From Macrostomum lignano (taxonomy: Eukaryota): a stretch of 64,000 nt of DNA. Of the stretch, positions 61,818-64,000 are shown one piece after another (positions within the stretch are counted from its first letter, which is position 1; each line of letters starts with the position of its first letter). A program made the position numbers and the translations under genes. The notes beneath the pieces were generated by a model, which searched no databases, had not been told where the DNA came from, and was given only the letters and a program-made list of their open reading frames with translations. The DNA is taken from the NCBI GenBank assembly GCA_002269645.1, contig NIVC01002040.1, forward strand, positions 146,251 through 210,250. Direction: 5' to 3'.

Positions 61818-62419
61818 CAGACGCTCCTGTGAACTATGTGCAGAGAAACTGCTATCTACCATGCAGGCCATAAGTGTTAATTGAATTTCATATCTTGAAT
61901 TTGTAGCCGCTATTCTATAAGAAAATGGCACTAAATTCTATATAAATATTTCAAAGCCGTGCAGGTTCAGCATACGCAAAATGATCAGATGAAGCTCTTA
62001 TATAGTTATAAATATGTTACAACATCCGGGTATGCATAATGCATGCAGGTATGCTCCTTCCACTGTTTTACAGATAGCTTTAGTAGCAAAAATGGATTTA
62101 GAAATTCCTTACCCAGGATGAATTGATTTAATTATTCGAGTTCGCGGTTGAGAACTGATGATGGAAAGGAAATCCGGCTTAAGTCATGGGATGAAAATAT
62201 TTCCCGACCGGCCCATCGCCCAAGTAAAACCCGATTAATCGCCATCGCAAATTGAATTTTCAAACCAGAGGCCTCCAGTGGCATCACACATCGAGACGGG
62301 GAACTCATATTCCTTCTGCAGACTTGGCTTGCCAATCCTCCCCAATGGTCTGCAGCTTGAAATTCTGCTATTTTTACCACAAGCAATTGGAGAATTTCTT
62401 CAGAATAGCGCACAGCTTG

Positions 62420-62705
62420 CAACTGAGGATCTGAGAGGCTGGCCCAGCAACTGAGGATGGGAAAGGCTGGCTCAGCAACTGATACTCTGGGAGGCTTGCC
62501 CAGAAACTGAGGATCTCGGAGGCTGGCCCAGAAACTGAGGATCTGGGAGGCTGTGGCCAGCAACTGAGCATCTGGGAGGCTGGCCCAGCAACTGAGGATC
62601 TGGGAGGCCGTGGCCCAGCAACTGAGGATCTGGAAGGCCGTGGCCCAGCAACTGAGATCTGGAAGGCCGTGGCCCAGCAACTGAGGATCTGGGAGCTGGC
62701 CCAAC
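62420..62705. repeat. Inverted copy of the same minisatellite (TGGCCCAGCAACTGAGGATCTGGGAGGC)n, right array
   Basis: Reverse complement of the 61125-61817 units, including shared variants. Confidence 0.93.
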
Positions 62706-62707
62706 AA

Positions 62708-62985
62708 TAGAGGAACTGATAGAGGCACTGATAGAGGCACTGATAGAGGCACTGATAGAGGCACTGATAGAGGCACTGATAGAGGCACTGATAGAGGCAC
62801 TGATAGAGGCACTGATAGAGGCACTGATAGAGGCACTGATAGAGGCACTGATAGAGGCACTGATAGAGCACTGATAGAGGCACTGATAGAGGCACTGATA
62901 GAGGCACTGATAGAGGCACTGATAGAGGCACTGATAGAGGCACTGATAGAGGCACTGATAGAGGCACTGATAGAGGCACCAATAG
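62708..62985. repeat. 12-bp tandem (GAGGCACTGATA)n, ~22 units
   Basis: Direct read. Confidence 0.97.
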
Positions 62986-63037
62986 AGTACCCACTATATT
63001 TACCCAACCGTGCAATAATTGTAAACATAAAACTTAC

Positions 63038-63314
63038 CTGAAAAAACAATGGCTGTCTGATGCTTGCTGTGGTAAATCGAGTTCCAACTCAGCTTTGGTT
63101 TTTATCGATTTACTGCTCAACGAATCGTCTGATTTTTCCCGAACAAAAGTAACTTTTTCCACTTTATATAGGACCCCGGCTGCTTGGCGATCTAAGTCCA
63201 GATTTTGGTCCGGGCTCTGAGAACTGTTTGAGATCTTCTTGAGCGGCGAGTCTCATTGGCTGCGGTAGCTGCGGATTTTGGAGGAGTCGGACCACGAGGC
63301 TGACTGCTCATTGG
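63038..63314 (-). promoter_or_regulatory. Predicted NSCL promoter and non-coding first exon: CCAAT boxes (63314-63310, 63259-63255), TATATAAA (63170-63163), ATG-free exon ~63140-63038 ending in cag|GTAAGT
   Basis: Canonical order and spacing on the minus strand; consensus donor at 63037; matching acceptor at 61045. Confidence 0.6.
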
Positions 63315-63439
63315 CCTGCGCTACTTAGGGTTGAGCTTAGGGATCTGCCGGATTGTTCTAAAAAATGTTCAGATGTATAAGGATCCTCAGTCAGATTTGA
63401 AATATTCTAGTATTATTTTAATTCTTTGTTGGTTTTACA

Positions 63440-63905
63440 GACGATATCTTTTAATTTGATTGGGAGATGGAATTAGGGGGAGAGGGGAGAAAGTGAGAAG
63501 GGAGAGAAGAGAAGGAGAGGAGAGAAGGGAGAGGAGAGAAGGGAGAGGAGAGAAGGGAGAGAAGAGAAGGAGAGGAGAAAGGGAGAGGAGAGAAGGAAGA
63601 GGAGAGAAGGGAGAGGAGAGAAGAGAGGAGAGAAGGAGAGAGGAGAAGGGAGAGGAGAAGGGAGAGAGGAGAAGGGATAGAGGAGAAGGGAGAGGGAGAT
63701 GGGAGAAGGAATGAAGGAATGGGATAAAAGGGAGAAAAAAAGGAGAGGAAGGGAGAGGAGAGAAGGGTGAAGGAGAGGGGAGAAGGTAGAGGAAAGAAAG
63801 GAAAGAAGAGAAAAAAGAGAGAGGAGAGAGAGGAGAGGGAGAAGGGAGAGAGAGAAGGGAAAGAGGAGAGGAGGAGGAAGATGGAGAGGGAGAGGGAGAG
63901 GAGAG
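63440..63905. repeat. Homopurine (GA-rich) low-complexity tract
   Basis: Almost exclusively G/A on the + strand; potential H-DNA. Confidence 0.9.
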
Positions 63906-64000
63906 AACCCTTTTAGCTATAGCCGGGCGATGAAAAGGAGCCACGTGTATGGAATACTAAGATTCAGTCACATGCTGAGAGGCATTAGAAGCCATAGATA

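Noticed and set aside
61134-63049. Long PQLLGQPP / ASISAS / SVPL ORFs
   Set aside because: Translations of the 30-bp and 12-bp tandem repeats.

Overview
Eukaryotic (invertebrate animal-like) genomic DNA with GT-AG introns; the species cannot be named from sequence alone. Spliced genes reconstructed by hand: the 3' end of a UBR5/hyd HECT E3 ligase (+), an intronless secreted 16-Cys protein (+), XPR1 SPX-EXS phosphate exporter (-, 10 exons, with a nested 336-aa ORF in intron 4), AUH-type enoyl-CoA hydratase (-, 3 exons), ABCE1 (+, 5 exons) and an NSCL/NHLH bHLH gene (-, with a 1-nt frameshift in the HLH loop). Most large introns are filled by their own minisatellite. Between head-to-head AUH and ABCE1 lies a ~16 kb AT-rich transposon graveyard (DD41D/rosa element with TIRs and TA duplication, a mariner fossil, MITEs). 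It is CpG-depleted and, most interestingly, shows a two-strand CCA>CTA / TGG>TAG mutation pattern suggestive of non-CpG methylation or a RIP-like process. A 5.3 kb two-monomer satellite with a 3094-bp duplication, an RNase H-bearing LINE fragment and long GATA microsatellites occupy 45-59 kb. All counts and alignments were made by eye; no database searches were run.
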